Assembly: GCA_021827925.1 (NCBI GenBank)
Contig: JAKATZ010000004.1
Coordinates: forward strand, 13,956-77,955
Length of the DNA stretch: 64,000 nt
Direction: 5' to 3'
From: Candidatus Micrarchaeota archaeon
Lineage (GTDB): Archaea; Micrarchaeota; Micrarchaeia; Micrarchaeales; CABMGC01
The notes below the pieces were generated by a model, which made no database searches, was not told the DNA's origin, and was given only the letters and a program-made list of their open reading frames with translations. Below, in pieces: positions 1 to 9,736 of the stretch. Numbering within the stretch: the first letter of the stretch is position 1; every line of letters starts with the position of its first letter. A program made the position numbers and the translations under genes.

Positions 1-1143
1 GCGAAGCGCGGGATCGTGAGCGAAGAAACCATCATTGCAATGCACCTTCCAAAGGAAAGCACAATCCAAATACGCGGCAGGCTCAGTCTCAGCGGCGTAG
101 CGAAGAAGGGGTTTGAGATAATACCAACAACGATATCAAACCTCAATCCCCTTTCCGGCGAGATACCTTTTGAGGTGACAGGGAAGGTGCCAGCGGATAT
201 CGATGTCAGGCTGAACCACCGGCAGATAGACCTGCGCAGGAGGGAAACCACTGCAATATTCAACATACAGTCGACTCTTTTGAGGGCATTTCGGGATACA
301 GTGCTAAAGGAAGGATTCCAAGAGATAAGGACTCCATCCATAGTCAAAGAGGCAACCGAAGGCGGCTCAGACCTTTTCAAGGTAGCCTACTTCGAGCAGG
401 ACGCGTATCTGGCGCAGTCACCACAGCTCTACAAGCAGCTCGCAGTCATAGGCGGAATGGACAGGGTCTTCATGGTGACTCCTGTATTCAGGGCAGAGAA
501 GTCAAATACGACATTTCACCTTAACGAGATAACGCAGATGGATATAGAGATGGGATTTGCTGATCATTCGGATGCAATACGCATGCTGAAGCTTGCGGTG
601 ACGGGTATGGTGCGCGAAGTGGCGAATTCTAACGCGGAGGAGCTAGAGCTTCTTGGTGTGCGTCCCGAGACTGATGAAGTCGTCGAGGTGAGCTACGTCG
701 ATGCTATAAAAAAACTCAGTGAGAACGGAGCCAGGATTGATTTCGGCCAGGATTTCACGAGGGAACACGAGAAGGAGCTATCAAGGCTTTACGGCAATAT
801 GCTCATAGTGAAAGGATATCCCACCACTCTCCGGGCGTTCTACAGCATGCCGAGCCAAAAAGATCCCGAGATTTCAAACAGCTATGATTTCATATTCCGC
901 GGCACTGAGATATCCAGCGGAGCAGAGCGTATACACAAGCCTGAGATGCTCGTTGCCGCGCTTGAGAGCAGGGGAGAAGACCCTTCTGCATTCTCTTCCT
1001 ATATCGATGCCTTCCGAGAAGGAGCTCCTCCCCATGCCGGCTGGTCAATAGGGCTCGAAAGATTTACCATGAAGATCACCGGAATGGAGAATATACGCGA
1101 ATGCTCGCTATTTCCGAGGGACAGAACCCGGCTTTTACCGTGA
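1..1143 (+). CDS. aspS: Aspartyl-tRNA synthetase, archaeal/eukaryotic type (5' end lies outside the window)
   Basis: The frame is open from base 1. Class II aaRS motifs are present: FRAEKS (motif 2) and GWSIGLERF (motif 3). The tail of the N-terminal OB anticodon-binding domain is visible. Confidence 0.9.
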   Translation, partial: AKRGIVSEETIIAMHLPKESTIQIRGRLSLSGVAKKGFEIIPTTISNLNPLSGEIPFEVTGKVPADIDVRLNHRQIDLRRRETTAIFNIQSTLLRAFRDTVLKEGFQEIRTPSIVKEATEGGSDLFKVAYFEQDAYLAQSPQLYKQLAVIGGMDRVFMVTPVFRAEKSNTTFHLNEITQMDIEMGFADHSDAIRMLKLAVTGMVREVANSNAEELELLGVRPETDEVVEVSYVDAIKKLSENGARIDFGQDFTREHEKELSRLYGNMLIVKGYPTTLRAFYSMPSQKDPEISNSYDFIFRGTEISSGAERIHKPEMLVAALESRGEDPSAFSSYIDAFREGAPPHAGWSIGLERFTMKITGMENIRECSLFPRDRTRLLP

Positions 1144-1147
1144 TGCT

Positions 1148-1633
1148 ATGGCTGATATACTTGAAATCACCATAAAGAAGGATGAGGATACGCAGGTGCT
1201 GCTCGGACATGCCGGATTCATAAAGACAGCCGAGGACCTTTACGAAGCGATGGTGAACTCGGTGCCGAAAGCAAGGTTCGGCATTGCTTTCGCTGAGGCT
1301 AGCGGTCCCTGTCTCATACGCATAGAGGGCAACGATCCCGAGCTCAAAAAATCTGCAGAGGAGAACCTGAAAAGGGTAAACGCGGGGCATACTTTCATAA
1401 TACTCTTCAAGGAAGCCTACCCCATCAATGTACTGCCTGCCATAAAGGATGTCAGAGAGGTAACTCGCGTGTACTGTGCGACTGCAAACCCTTTGACAGT
1501 TCTCGTCGCGATGACCTCACAAGGGGGAAGCGTCATAGGTGTAGTTGACGGCTCAGCCCCAAAGGGTGTAGAGTCAGATGAAGATATCCTCATGAGGAGG
1601 AAGCTCCTGCGTGATTTCGGATACAAAAAGTGA
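1148..1633 (+). CDS. Adenosine-specific kinase family protein (PF04008-like)
   Basis: 161 aa. Close motif-for-motif resemblance to archaeal adenosine-specific kinase: GHAGFIKTAEDLYEA, FAEASGPCLIRIEGNDPEL, AYPINVLPAIK, VVDGSAPKGVE, LLRDFGYK. Confidence 0.75.
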   Translation: MADILEITIKKDEDTQVLLGHAGFIKTAEDLYEAMVNSVPKARFGIAFAEASGPCLIRIEGNDPELKKSAEENLKRVNAGHTFIILFKEAYPINVLPAIKDVREVTRVYCATANPLTVLVAMTSQGGSVIGVVDGSAPKGVESDEDILMRRKLLRDFGYKK

Positions 1634-1637
1634 TAGG

Positions 1638-2294
1638 ATGGGTTTTGCGCTTCTTGATGAGAAGGATGCAAGAAAGGCGATAATTCTTCTTGAAAAAGAG
1701 TATCAGGATGCCAAGTACTATCTCTCGTTCAAGACTCCCATCGATCTTCTTGCTGCAGCAATACTCTCGGCGCAGACCCGCGACGAGGTTGTAAACTCAT
1801 CCACTCCTGCGCTCTTCGATAAGTACCGTACGGCGAAGGACTATTCCGAAGCCAAAGAGAGCGAGCTCATCGGGTACATAAACGGGATAAGCTTTGCGGC
1901 CAACAAGGCGAAAAACATAATAAAGGCGTTCCGGATCATAGAGGATAAATACGGCGGCAAGGTGCCGAGAAGCATGGAGGCGCTTGTAGAGCTTCCCGGC
2001 ATAGGCAGAAAGACTGCGAACACGATACTAATCAACGCGTATGGCATAGTTGAAGGAATACCTGTGGACACGTGGGTGATAAAACTATCAGGAAGGATAG
2101 GCCTAAGCAAGAGCTCCGCTCCTGAGGAAATAGAGCGGGACCTCATGAGAATCGTGGAAAAGAAGGATTGGAAGAGGATAGCCTACGTCTTCAAAGCACA
2201 CGGGAGGAGGATCTGCCAGTCAAAGGTGCCGCTGTGCAGCAGATGCAGGCTAAGCGGACTATGCCCAAAAAACGGCGTAAAGAAGAGCGCATGA
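1638..2294 (+). CDS. nth: Endonuclease III (HhH-GPD DNA glycosylase/AP lyase with 4Fe-4S cluster)
   Basis: HhH motif LPGIGRKTAN. C-terminal CX6CX2CX5C cluster (CQSKVPLCSRCRLSGLC). The ATG at 1638 sits just after the upstream stop, so it is preferred over the overlapping start at 1611. Confidence 0.85.
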   Translation: MGFALLDEKDARKAIILLEKEYQDAKYYLSFKTPIDLLAAAILSAQTRDEVVNSSTPALFDKYRTAKDYSEAKESELIGYINGISFAANKAKNIIKAFRIIEDKYGGKVPRSMEALVELPGIGRKTANTILINAYGIVEGIPVDTWVIKLSGRIGLSKSSAPEEIERDLMRIVEKKDWKRIAYVFKAHGRRICQSKVPLCSRCRLSGLCPKNGVKKSA

Positions 2295-3586
2295 ACATGA
2301 AGCATATAGCCGACCTTCACATACATTCAAAATATGCAGGCGCGTGTAGCGAGCAGCTTACCCTGAAGAATCTCGACGCTGTGGCGAAGGAGAAAGGCAT
2401 AAGCACACTCGGAACTGGCGATTTCACTCATCCAGAATGGATGCGAAGCATAAAGGAGGAGCTCGAGGAGCGATCTTCCGGTGTCTACTCCTTCAAAGGC
2501 AGTGGCAGCGGAACACGCTTCATACTCTCAACAGAGGTCTCGCTGGTATTCAACAAGGAGAGTGGCACTGGCTCGAAGCAATTGTTCAGCAAAGACTCGG
2601 GCATCAAGAAGATGCACAACTGTGTACTGGCGCCCAGCATCGATGCTGCAGAGGGCATAAACGACGTGCTTTCAAAGCACGGTGACATGAAGGCCGATGG
2701 CAGGCCTCTACTCAGCATGACCTCCGAGGAGTTTGTCGAGGCGGTTCGTTGCGTTGACAAGAATGCATTCATCTTTCCTGCGCATGCATGGACTCCTTGG
2801 TTCGGCGTATTCGGTTCTATGTCTGGATTCGATTCGATAGCAGAGGCGTACGGAAGCCAGGCAAAACACATACGTGCAATAGAGACCGGTCTAAGCAGTG
2901 ATCCCTCCATGAATTGGAGAATATCTGGCCTTGACGATTACGCCCTAATATCCGGCAGCGATGCGCATTCCCTTCCCAAAGTGGGGAGGGAGGCAATGGT
3001 GCTCGAGATGGGCAAAGACGGATTCTCCTTTGATCAGATGATCGATGCCATAATCGGCAGCACAGCCATGACCATAGAATTCTACCCTGAGGAAGGAAAG
3101 TACCATTTCGACGGCCACAGGCGCTGCGGAATCTCCCTCAGTCCGAAGGATGCCTTGAAGTACAACAACATATGCCCAAAGTGCAGGAGAAAGCTAACCA
3201 TCGGTGTTCTGCACCGCATAGAAGAGCTTGCTGACAGGGAGGATGGCTATGTGCCAAAAGGCGCCGTGCCTTTCGTGCACGCGGTCCCGTTGCGCGAGGT
3301 GATAGCGTACGTTAGCGGGAAAGGGGTAGGCACCGAATACGTCAATAATTCCTACACAAACCTCATAAAGAGGTTCGGGAGCGAATTCAATGTCCTTCTC
3401 GAAAGCAGCGCTGAGGAACTCACTGCGGCAGATAAAGGCGTAGGCGAGGCCATAGCAGACATACGTGCTAACGACATCAACATAATTCCCGGATACGACG
3501 GCGTATTCGGGATCATAGACATAACCAGGAAGGTTGCTGCCCGGAAGGGAGGTTTTGGGCAAAAGAGGATCGGCGATTTCGGTTAG
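2291..3586 (+). CDS. Endonuclease Q-like PHP-domain nuclease with zinc finger
   Basis: The motif order matches Pyrococcus EndoQ: ADLHIHSKY, GTGDFTHPEW, PAHAWTPW, SGSDAHS, GKYHFDGHRRC, CPKCRRKLTIGVLHRIEELA, IPGYDGVFG. The ATG at 2291 overlaps the nth stop (ATGA). Confidence 0.8.
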   Translation: MNMKHIADLHIHSKYAGACSEQLTLKNLDAVAKEKGISTLGTGDFTHPEWMRSIKEELEERSSGVYSFKGSGSGTRFILSTEVSLVFNKESGTGSKQLFSKDSGIKKMHNCVLAPSIDAAEGINDVLSKHGDMKADGRPLLSMTSEEFVEAVRCVDKNAFIFPAHAWTPWFGVFGSMSGFDSIAEAYGSQAKHIRAIETGLSSDPSMNWRISGLDDYALISGSDAHSLPKVGREAMVLEMGKDGFSFDQMIDAIIGSTAMTIEFYPEEGKYHFDGHRRCGISLSPKDALKYNNICPKCRRKLTIGVLHRIEELADREDGYVPKGAVPFVHAVPLREVIAYVSGKGVGTEYVNNSYTNLIKRFGSEFNVLLESSAEELTAADKGVGEAIADIRANDINIIPGYDGVFGIIDITRKVAARKGGFGQKRIGDFG

Positions 3587-3591
3587 CGAAT

Positions 3592-4068
3592 TCAGCTTAT
3601 TCTTGCTATAATCTTTCCGTAAATTACTTGCGGGAAGCCAGTGCTTATGTCCGTGTAGTTCACTATAAGGCTGCCTTCAAAAAGCGCACCGGGTCTCCCT
3701 GAGAATGCAGCCCCAGTGCTCGTGTAGCACTGCACAGTAAAGGTGCTGTTCGCATCAATATACATTGTGACGTTTGGCTTGAAGCCTTCCATTTCGGTGA
3801 GTACAGGCTCCTCATTGCACCCTATCGCCGTTATGTTTATTGTTGATTGCGTTGCCTGCAGCAGGTTTATTGTAAGGAGGCCGTTTTCAGCCATGTACGC
3901 TGAGAGGCAGTTGAATCCAGCCTGCAGTATGCACTCCTGCGATACTCCCTGGCCTGGATTGAATGCATTTGAGGCTATCAATGCGCCCATCACTATCGCT
4001 ATTATGAGGAATGCCCACCCGTAGGTTATAAGGTATTCCATAGCCGACTGAGCTCTGAAGCCAGGCAT
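3592..4068 (-). CDS. Archaeal class III signal-peptide protein (type IV pilin-like)
   Basis: The N-terminus MPGFRAQSAMEYLITYGWAFLIIAIV carries the QSAMEYL prepilin-peptidase motif followed by a hydrophobic helix. Confidence 0.65.
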   Translation of the reverse strand: MPGFRAQSAMEYLITYGWAFLIIAIVMGALIASNAFNPGQGVSQECILQAGFNCLSAYMAENGLLTINLLQATQSTINITAIGCNEEPVLTEMEGFKPNVTMYIDANSTFTVQCYTSTGAAFSGRPGALFEGSLIVNYTDISTGFPQVIYGKIIARIS

Positions 4069-4150
4069 GCAATTCTATAAATGCACGACATCAAAGGCTA
4101 TAACTCTTATGGAAATAATGCGCAACAGTTCCGATCTGTCCTACGCCTTT

Positions 4151-4660
4151 CTACGCGTCGCGCAGCTCGTCAAGTCTCCCTATCTCGGCAAGCAGCATCG
4201 CTGCTTTTTTCATCCTGCCAGAATTCAGCGCCTCGGACGCCCTACCAATATAATGCTTCCTGATGCGTGAGAATGCAATGGCTCTATCTTCTCCCTTAAT
4301 ATTCGGTCCTGCGGCCTCATTCACCGCAGCCTCGATAATCCTGCCCGCTATTCTTCCCTGCCCCAATCTGCGCAGCGCTTCCGCAGTCTGCATCATCGCA
4401 GTGACAAGCTCAATGCCCGTGCTTCTTCTATCTTCTGCGCGTTCCTGCCACATGACGGTCCGTTTCTCCCAAAACCTTGCAGAAGCATGCTCTTCCTTAG
4501 ATGCCACCCTGCAGAGTCCTGAGAGCGCAGCTGCCGCAGAACAGGCAATGCTGCTGTAATCCCTGCCCCGCAGGAGACCGTAGAGCTCCTCAACATCGCT
4601 TATAAGCCTGCGTACATCAGGCTTGTTGAAAGTGCCCCTGTAAGTCGCTCTCAAGCTCAC
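4151..4660 (-). CDS. Hypothetical helical protein
   Basis: Longest ORF in this interval. A GTG at 4660 overlaps the trmI stop (GTGA), suggesting translational coupling. I recognise no family. The track start at 4723 would overlap trmI by 67 nt. Confidence 0.4.
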   Translation of the reverse strand: MSLRATYRGTFNKPDVRRLISDVEELYGLLRGRDYSSIACSAAAALSGLCRVASKEEHASARFWEKRTVMWQERAEDRRSTGIELVTAMMQTAEALRRLGQGRIAGRIIEAAVNEAAGPNIKGEDRAIAFSRIRKHYIGRASEALNSGRMKKAAMLLAEIGRLDELRDA

Positions 4661-5250
4661 TGCGCCACCTCTGCAGATTTGCGGTTCTCTTTTCTTCCGA
4701 AAGTCAGATATGCGGTGTGCCATATCCCTTTCGTCGAAGGGCGCATCCCCTCCTCCCTGACTAACATCTCCCTCACGGTCACCTCAACAGTGTGTATGTC
4801 GGAGAATCCAAGTTTCTTAAGCTTCTTTGCGAACCCCTGCACCTGCTCCATGTTCGGCAGGTACCCAACGATCATGCCATTGTCCCGCAGTGCCTTCTTT
4901 GCGCTCGAGACTGCCTTATCCGCATATGGCATGTCCAGGGTGACAAGGTCCACCTCCCTCTCATCTATCCTTTTCCTCACGTCGCCTTTCTTGAATGTGA
5001 TATTCTCCAATCCCAGTATGTGCTTGTTCTTCTCCGCTATAGCAGTGAAATCTTCCCTCACGTCGTAGCTGTATACATGTCTGCATAGCCTTGCAAGGCT
5101 GAGCGCCAGCCACCCGCTGCCCGTGCCCGCATCAACACATACGCTGCTCTTATCTATGCTCGAGTAGCTTATTATGATGCCGATGTCCTTTGGCAGTATC
5201 ACCTGCGGCCCCCTCTTGAGTTTCCTGTAGAAGTAAGGATATATGAACAT
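4657..5250 (-). CDS. trmI: tRNA (adenine-N1)-methyltransferase, TrmI/Gcd14 family
   Basis: SAM-binding motif VDAGTGSGWLA, DMP motif (LDMPYADKA), and the C-terminal region typical of Gcd14. Confidence 0.8.
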   Translation of the reverse strand: MFIYPYFYRKLKRGPQVILPKDIGIIISYSSIDKSSVCVDAGTGSGWLALSLARLCRHVYSYDVREDFTAIAEKNKHILGLENITFKKGDVRKRIDEREVDLVTLDMPYADKAVSSAKKALRDNGMIVGYLPNMEQVQGFAKKLKKLGFSDIHTVEVTVREMLVREEGMRPSTKGIWHTAYLTFGRKENRKSAEVAQ

Positions 5251-7476
5251 CTACTCAGCCCCTCCCTGCGAAGCGCCTCTTTTTTTCACATTCCCTCTGG
5301 CTTTCCTTTTTGTTGCTTTTCTAGGCCGCTTCGCATGGCCTTCACCATCGCCTCGTTTTTTATCCGCGGTCTTCGCCCCTGTAGTTGCGCTCTTCTGCGC
5401 ATCGCCGCCTGCAGGAGAAGTCTCATCCTTTTTCTTGCCCCAGTTCTTCTTGCTCTCACAATTAGGGTCAAGGTCCATCTGGAATACCTTTCCCTTTGAG
5501 AAGACTTTCACCATAGGGGTATGGCACAGTTCGCATACCTTGCGCAGCGGGATTATCTTTGCGTACTGAGGAAGAGGGTAGGAAACGCTGCAGTTCGGCC
5601 AGTTGCTGCATCCTGCAAACACCTTTCCCTTCATGGACCTCTTGATCACTATGTTTCCTCCGCATGAGTTACATTTTCCGAGGACGTTGGCTTCGGCGTC
5701 AGCCTCTATTCCCTGGTTAAGCTCATTTCCTATCTCCTTCTTGTTCTTCTCAAACTCGCCGACTATCCTTGATATTATCTCGCGCCCTTCTTTTATCACA
5801 TCCTCCTTCTTCACGCTTCCCTTCGCTATGCCTTCCATATCAAGTTCAAGCTTCTTCGTGAGATCTTCGTCAAGGATCTCACCGCAGTACCTGCTCAGCG
5901 ATTCATAGACCCGCATGCCGAAATCGGTTACCTCTATCTTCGAGTTCCTTATGTATTCCCTCTTGAAGAGCGTGTCTATTATGGCAGATCTGGTGGCCTT
6001 CGTGCCCAAATTCTTCTTCTCGAGCAGCGCTATCAGTGTTGCCTTCGTATATCTTCGCGGCGGCTCTGTCATCCCTTCTCTCATCTCCGCCTTCTCTATA
6101 GTTATTGTCTCGCCATTATCAATGTCAGGCAGCTCGAGCTCCCTGTGTTTGTAATATGGCTGGTAGAAATCCATCCAGCCCCTTTCTTTCACCTTGTCTC
6201 CGCTAGTCGAGTATGATTCGCCTCCTATCTCAAGGGAGATGCGTCTCTTCTCTACTTTTGCATACTCTGCAAAGCAAGCAAGAAACCTCTTCACTATCAG
6301 GTCGTACACCTTCTCTTCTTCCCCCTCAAGCTTCTTTGGCAGCTCGCCTGTTGGGTAGATCGCGGGGTGCGCTTCGTCCTGCTTAGCGCCTTCCCTCGGC
6401 CTATATCTTGAGCCAGAGATAAGCCGCTGTGCGAGTTCAGCATACCTGCCGTTCTTTGCTATGTCTGATATTATTCTCCTGAGGTTCAGAGTAGGCGGCA
6501 GCTTCTGCGATGATGTCCTTGGATAGGAGATGTAAGCGCGTTCGTAGAGGGTCTGCGCGATGGCAAGAGTCCTTGACGGGTCTATCCTGTGCACCCTGCT
6601 TGCCTCGAGCTGCAGCGATGTGAGGTCAAAAGGAGGATAAGGTCCCATCATCTCCTCCATCGAGCTCGTCTCTTTGACTATGGCCTCGCCTTCTTTCGTA
6701 GCGCGCAGAGCCTGCTCTGCTATCTCTTTCTTAAGGATGCTGCCTCTGGAGTTATCGAATTCAACTCCCTTAAACAGCACTATGATCTTCCAGAACGGCT
6801 CAGCGACGAAACTGCGTATCTCTTTTTCGCGCTTAGCCACCACAGAAAGCGTAGGGCCCTGAACCCTGCCGACGCTCAGCACTCTCTTAATTCCCGCCGA
6901 CGAAACGGCACGCATCAGCGCCCTGCTCATGTTTATGCCCCACATCCAGTCGAGCATGTGCCTGGTCTCGCCCGCATAAAGGTTCTCGAAATCGAACGGG
7001 GCGAGGTTCCTGTACGCCTCTATGAGGTCCGGTGTCGTTGTAGTGGAGAACCGCATTCGCTTAACGCTTTCATTCTTGATCTCGGAGTTGACATCCTTGT
7101 TCACTATGTACTTTATTATGTTGGACCCTATGACTGTGCCCTCAAGGTCATAGTCGCACGCGTTTATGAATACCGAACATCTCTTCCCTACTTCGTCTAT
7201 AGTATCCAGGTACTTTTTTGTGAAGTATGCCTCCTTCCTTACCTTGTAAGCCGCTTCCCATTCGATATCGAATATCGGCAGCTCCTTCTTCTCTCCCTTC
7301 TGCCTCAGCGAGAAGAGATGGCCTGCGGCCGCAACCACGTATAAGTTCGCTCCTTCCCTTTCCAGCTCGTAATAACCCACTCCGCCGAAGCTGCCCCTTC
7401 TTGGCTTGTTCTCTCCAAGCGCCAAAGCCACTCTCAGAGCTACGCTCGGTTTTTCCGCTATTATCAGCGTATTCAT
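5251..7476 (-). CDS. topA: DNA topoisomerase I (type IA) with C-terminal zinc ribbons and a lysine-rich tail
   Basis: N-terminal Toprim LIIAEKPSVA. Type IA core (ISYPRTSSQ active-site Tyr region). Cys4 ribbons CNSCGG...CSNWPNC and CELCHTP. Basic KKRG-rich tail. Confidence 0.9.
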   Translation of the reverse strand: MNTLIIAEKPSVALRVALALGENKPRRGSFGGVGYYELEREGANLYVVAAAGHLFSLRQKGEKKELPIFDIEWEAAYKVRKEAYFTKKYLDTIDEVGKRCSVFINACDYDLEGTVIGSNIIKYIVNKDVNSEIKNESVKRMRFSTTTTPDLIEAYRNLAPFDFENLYAGETRHMLDWMWGINMSRALMRAVSSAGIKRVLSVGRVQGPTLSVVAKREKEIRSFVAEPFWKIIVLFKGVEFDNSRGSILKKEIAEQALRATKEGEAIVKETSSMEEMMGPYPPFDLTSLQLEASRVHRIDPSRTLAIAQTLYERAYISYPRTSSQKLPPTLNLRRIISDIAKNGRYAELAQRLISGSRYRPREGAKQDEAHPAIYPTGELPKKLEGEEEKVYDLIVKRFLACFAEYAKVEKRRISLEIGGESYSTSGDKVKERGWMDFYQPYYKHRELELPDIDNGETITIEKAEMREGMTEPPRRYTKATLIALLEKKNLGTKATRSAIIDTLFKREYIRNSKIEVTDFGMRVYESLSRYCGEILDEDLTKKLELDMEGIAKGSVKKEDVIKEGREIISRIVGEFEKNKKEIGNELNQGIEADAEANVLGKCNSCGGNIVIKRSMKGKVFAGCSNWPNCSVSYPLPQYAKIIPLRKVCELCHTPMVKVFSKGKVFQMDLDPNCESKKNWGKKKDETSPAGGDAQKSATTGAKTADKKRGDGEGHAKRPRKATKRKARGNVKKRGASQGGAE

Positions 7477-7489
7477 ACGATCAGCTTGC

Positions 7490-7714
7490 TTACGCTTTCG
7501 CCTTCCGCTGGCTCTTCCTCTGGATCTGCTTCGATTCCTTTGATATCCTATGTGTCATGTAGATGCATAGAAGTATCGCGAGCACAGCGATGACGTAGAA
7601 CGGTATCAGGTCTCCGCCGCTAAAAAAGAAGGCTATTATTGCGGCAATGCTCAGCACAACGACTCCTGCCGCGACAGCAACAGAGCGCATATCTTCCTCG
7701 CTGAGCCTTTCCAT
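7490..7714 (-). CDS. Small membrane protein (two predicted TM helices)
   Basis: 74-aa ORF with two hydrophobic helices and a basic C-terminal tail. No family recognised. Confidence 0.35.
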   Translation of the reverse strand: MERLSEEDMRSVAVAAGVVVLSIAAIIAFFFSGGDLIPFYVIAVLAILLCIYMTHRISKESKQIQRKSQRKAKA

Positions 7715-7771
7715 ATCATATTCTTTCTAGAGCTAAGGCTAAAACACTTGTGGTCTGCCTGAACCAAAGTC

Positions 7772-8197
7772 TCAAAGGGAAGCTGTTATGCGTAGTATGC
7801 TCCCGTCCCTGAGTTTCAGGCTTTTCCTCAGTCCGCAGCCGGAGATCACTTCAACAACGTCCTTGTGGCTGCTCATCTCAGGCACCACAATCGCCGCTGC
7901 AATTCCTATGACCTTGCACCTGTATGCCACCGCGCCGCCATAACGCTTCCCGTTAACAGTGCCGCCTTCTATGCGCAGTCCTTCCTCTCTCTTCAGATTT
8001 TCAAAGCTGATGAGATCCTCGCCTTCTACCTTCACGTTCAGCGTGCCGGGATAAGGGTCAAATCCAAGCGCATCAGCGAACTGCCTGCGGTAGTGCTCCA
8101 TGGACAAGAATATCCTGCCTTTTCCCAGGCCCGTCACAATCTCCCCCCTTATTGCTATCTCGTGCTCCATGAAGTTCCTATCCCTATTCACCGGCAA
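7772..8197 (-). CDS. ribK: CTP-dependent riboflavin kinase (archaeal RibK, MJ0056 family)
   Basis: GEIVTGLGKGRIFLS...YPGTLNVKVE...GGAVAYRCKV matches the archaeal riboflavin kinase beta-barrel family. An alternative start exists at 8170. Confidence 0.8.
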   Translation of the reverse strand: MPVNRDRNFMEHEIAIRGEIVTGLGKGRIFLSMEHYRRQFADALGFDPYPGTLNVKVEGEDLISFENLKREEGLRIEGGTVNGKRYGGAVAYRCKVIGIAAAIVVPEMSSHKDVVEVISGCGLRKSLKLRDGSILRITASL

Positions 8198-8248
8198 GAC
8201 TTATAGCCTTTCATTGTGATCTAATCACCGCTTCAGAGTTTTGGTCCG

Positions 8249-8608
8249 ATGGTCAGCGAGATTGTTATAGTTTCTGCCACGCTCTGCGCAGCTTTCATAG
8301 CTGCGTTGGCACAGTATCTATTCAAGCGTTCCATGCCCAAGATCAGCCTGAATCCGCGCAGCCTGTTCCTCCTCATAAAAGACAAGGGCATAGTTCTCGG
8401 AGCGCTGCTATATCTCGTAAGCCTTGTTATCTACCTGTATGCGCTTAGGCACGGCGAGCTCTCCTTTGTATATCCGACATTCGCAAGTGCTTTTGTATTT
8501 GTATTTCTGATGTCACATTTTGTGCTGAAGGAGGGCATCTCACGGAGGAGGGCTCTGGGCATGGCTGCAATAATCGCAGGTATAATCATAGTGGCGGTAA
8601 CTTACTGA
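8249..8608 (+). CDS. Half-size EamA/DMT-type 4-TM transporter subunit
   Basis: 119 aa with four hydrophobic helices. Paired with an adjacent paralog-like ORF, similar to the ArnE/ArnF arrangement. Confidence 0.5.
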   Translation: MVSEIVIVSATLCAAFIAALAQYLFKRSMPKISLNPRSLFLLIKDKGIVLGALLYLVSLVIYLYALRHGELSFVYPTFASAFVFVFLMSHFVLKEGISRRRALGMAAIIAGIIIVAVTY

Positions 8609-8946
8609 TGGAGATGGGCGAGAAAAACAAGGCGAAGCTGGTCATGATGATGCTTTTCAGCGCACTTCTTGGCAGCGGAGGCCAGCTCTTCTTCAAGCTG
8701 GCCTTCTCTCCCGGCCCCTTCGCCATCCTGCTCGCAATAGGAGTGGCACTTTACCTCTCTTCCACTGTCATATACTTCTACGTACTGGGAAGGAGCCACC
8801 TCAGCTGGACATACGGATTCACCGGCCTCAGTTACATATTCGCCAGTCTGCTCGCCTCACTTGTGCTTGGCGAGTCGATAGGCATCCTGCGCTGGACAGG
8901 GATCGGACTGATAGCGATAGGCACGGCAATGATAGGCACAAGCTAG
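8608..8946 (+). CDS. Half-size EamA/DMT-type 4-TM transporter subunit (partner)
   Basis: 112 aa with four hydrophobic helices. The start overlaps the upstream stop (TGATG). Confidence 0.5.
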   Translation: MEMGEKNKAKLVMMMLFSALLGSGGQLFFKLAFSPGPFAILLAIGVALYLSSTVIYFYVLGRSHLSWTYGFTGLSYIFASLLASLVLGESIGILRWTGIGLIAIGTAMIGTS

Positions 8947-8947
8947 G

Positions 8948-9736
8948 TCATGCCGTTATGAATCTCTCCCTCTCGAAGAGCCTTACTCCCAGGGTAACCA
9001 CTGCAGCCGCGGATATAATGAGCACCGAGAGCATGCCTATGAAGAATCCTGCCGAGAGCCGCGAGATATTGAATATAGATGCAAAAGGTATGACCAGTAT
9101 CGGCAGTATCAGGAGTGTGCTGATCTGCTGCGATTCCTTAACGCCCCTCGCTCTCGATGATACTATCACAACAAGTCCTATGGTGGTGAGCGCAAGGAAC
9201 GGCGCGTTAAGGAGCATAAGCCACCAGCTCTCGTTCGGGAACAGTAAGACCCCGAAGCTTCTCATAGAAATGTAATCGGTTATGCCTGCGTATATTGCGA
9301 ATACCGCGGCAGTTAGCGCTATGGACGGTATGAACGAAGAGGCCATCTTTCCTATAAGCAGTTCGGAGTTCGTTATCGGAGAGGAGAGCAGCGCTTCGGC
9401 AGTCTTTCTCTCCTTCTCTCCCGCGAAGCTGTCCGCGGCAATTACCGAAGCGGTTATGATGGGCATGGTGAGGAAGACGGGGCCTAGGACGTTGGTAGAG
9501 AAGAACGATAGGAATGCAAGTCCTGTATGGCCGTACGTTGTGACTCCGCTTATCCCAAGAATCCTCGATGCGAACTGCGGCCCTGCGTACTTTGTTATGT
9601 ATGATGTGAAGAGCGGTAGCGCGATCGAAAAAAAGAGGGGTATGAATATCATCGGCCCGAATATCTCTATACTCGAGAATACCTCCCTGAGATCCTTCAC
9701 CGAGACCGCAAATGCCCTTGCGCTATCCATCGGCAT
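8948..9736 (-). CDS. ABC-2 type transporter permease
   Basis: Polytopic membrane protein (about 6 TM). Overlaps the upstream ABC ATPase gene by 14 nt. Confidence 0.6.
   Translation of the reverse strand: MPMDSARAFAVSVKDLREVFSSIEIFGPMIFIPLFFSIALPLFTSYITKYAGPQFASRILGISGVTTYGHTGLAFLSFFSTNVLGPVFLTMPIITASVIAADSFAGEKERKTAEALLSSPITNSELLIGKMASSFIPSIALTAAVFAIYAGITDYISMRSFGVLLFPNESWWLMLLNAPFLALTTIGLVVIVSSRARGVKESQQISTLLILPILVIPFASIFNISRLSAGFFIGMLSVLIISAAAVVTLGVRLFERERFITA

Noticed and set aside
6589-7344. 251-aa ORF antisense to topA.
   Set aside because: It is a shadow ORF inside a well-supported topoisomerase gene.
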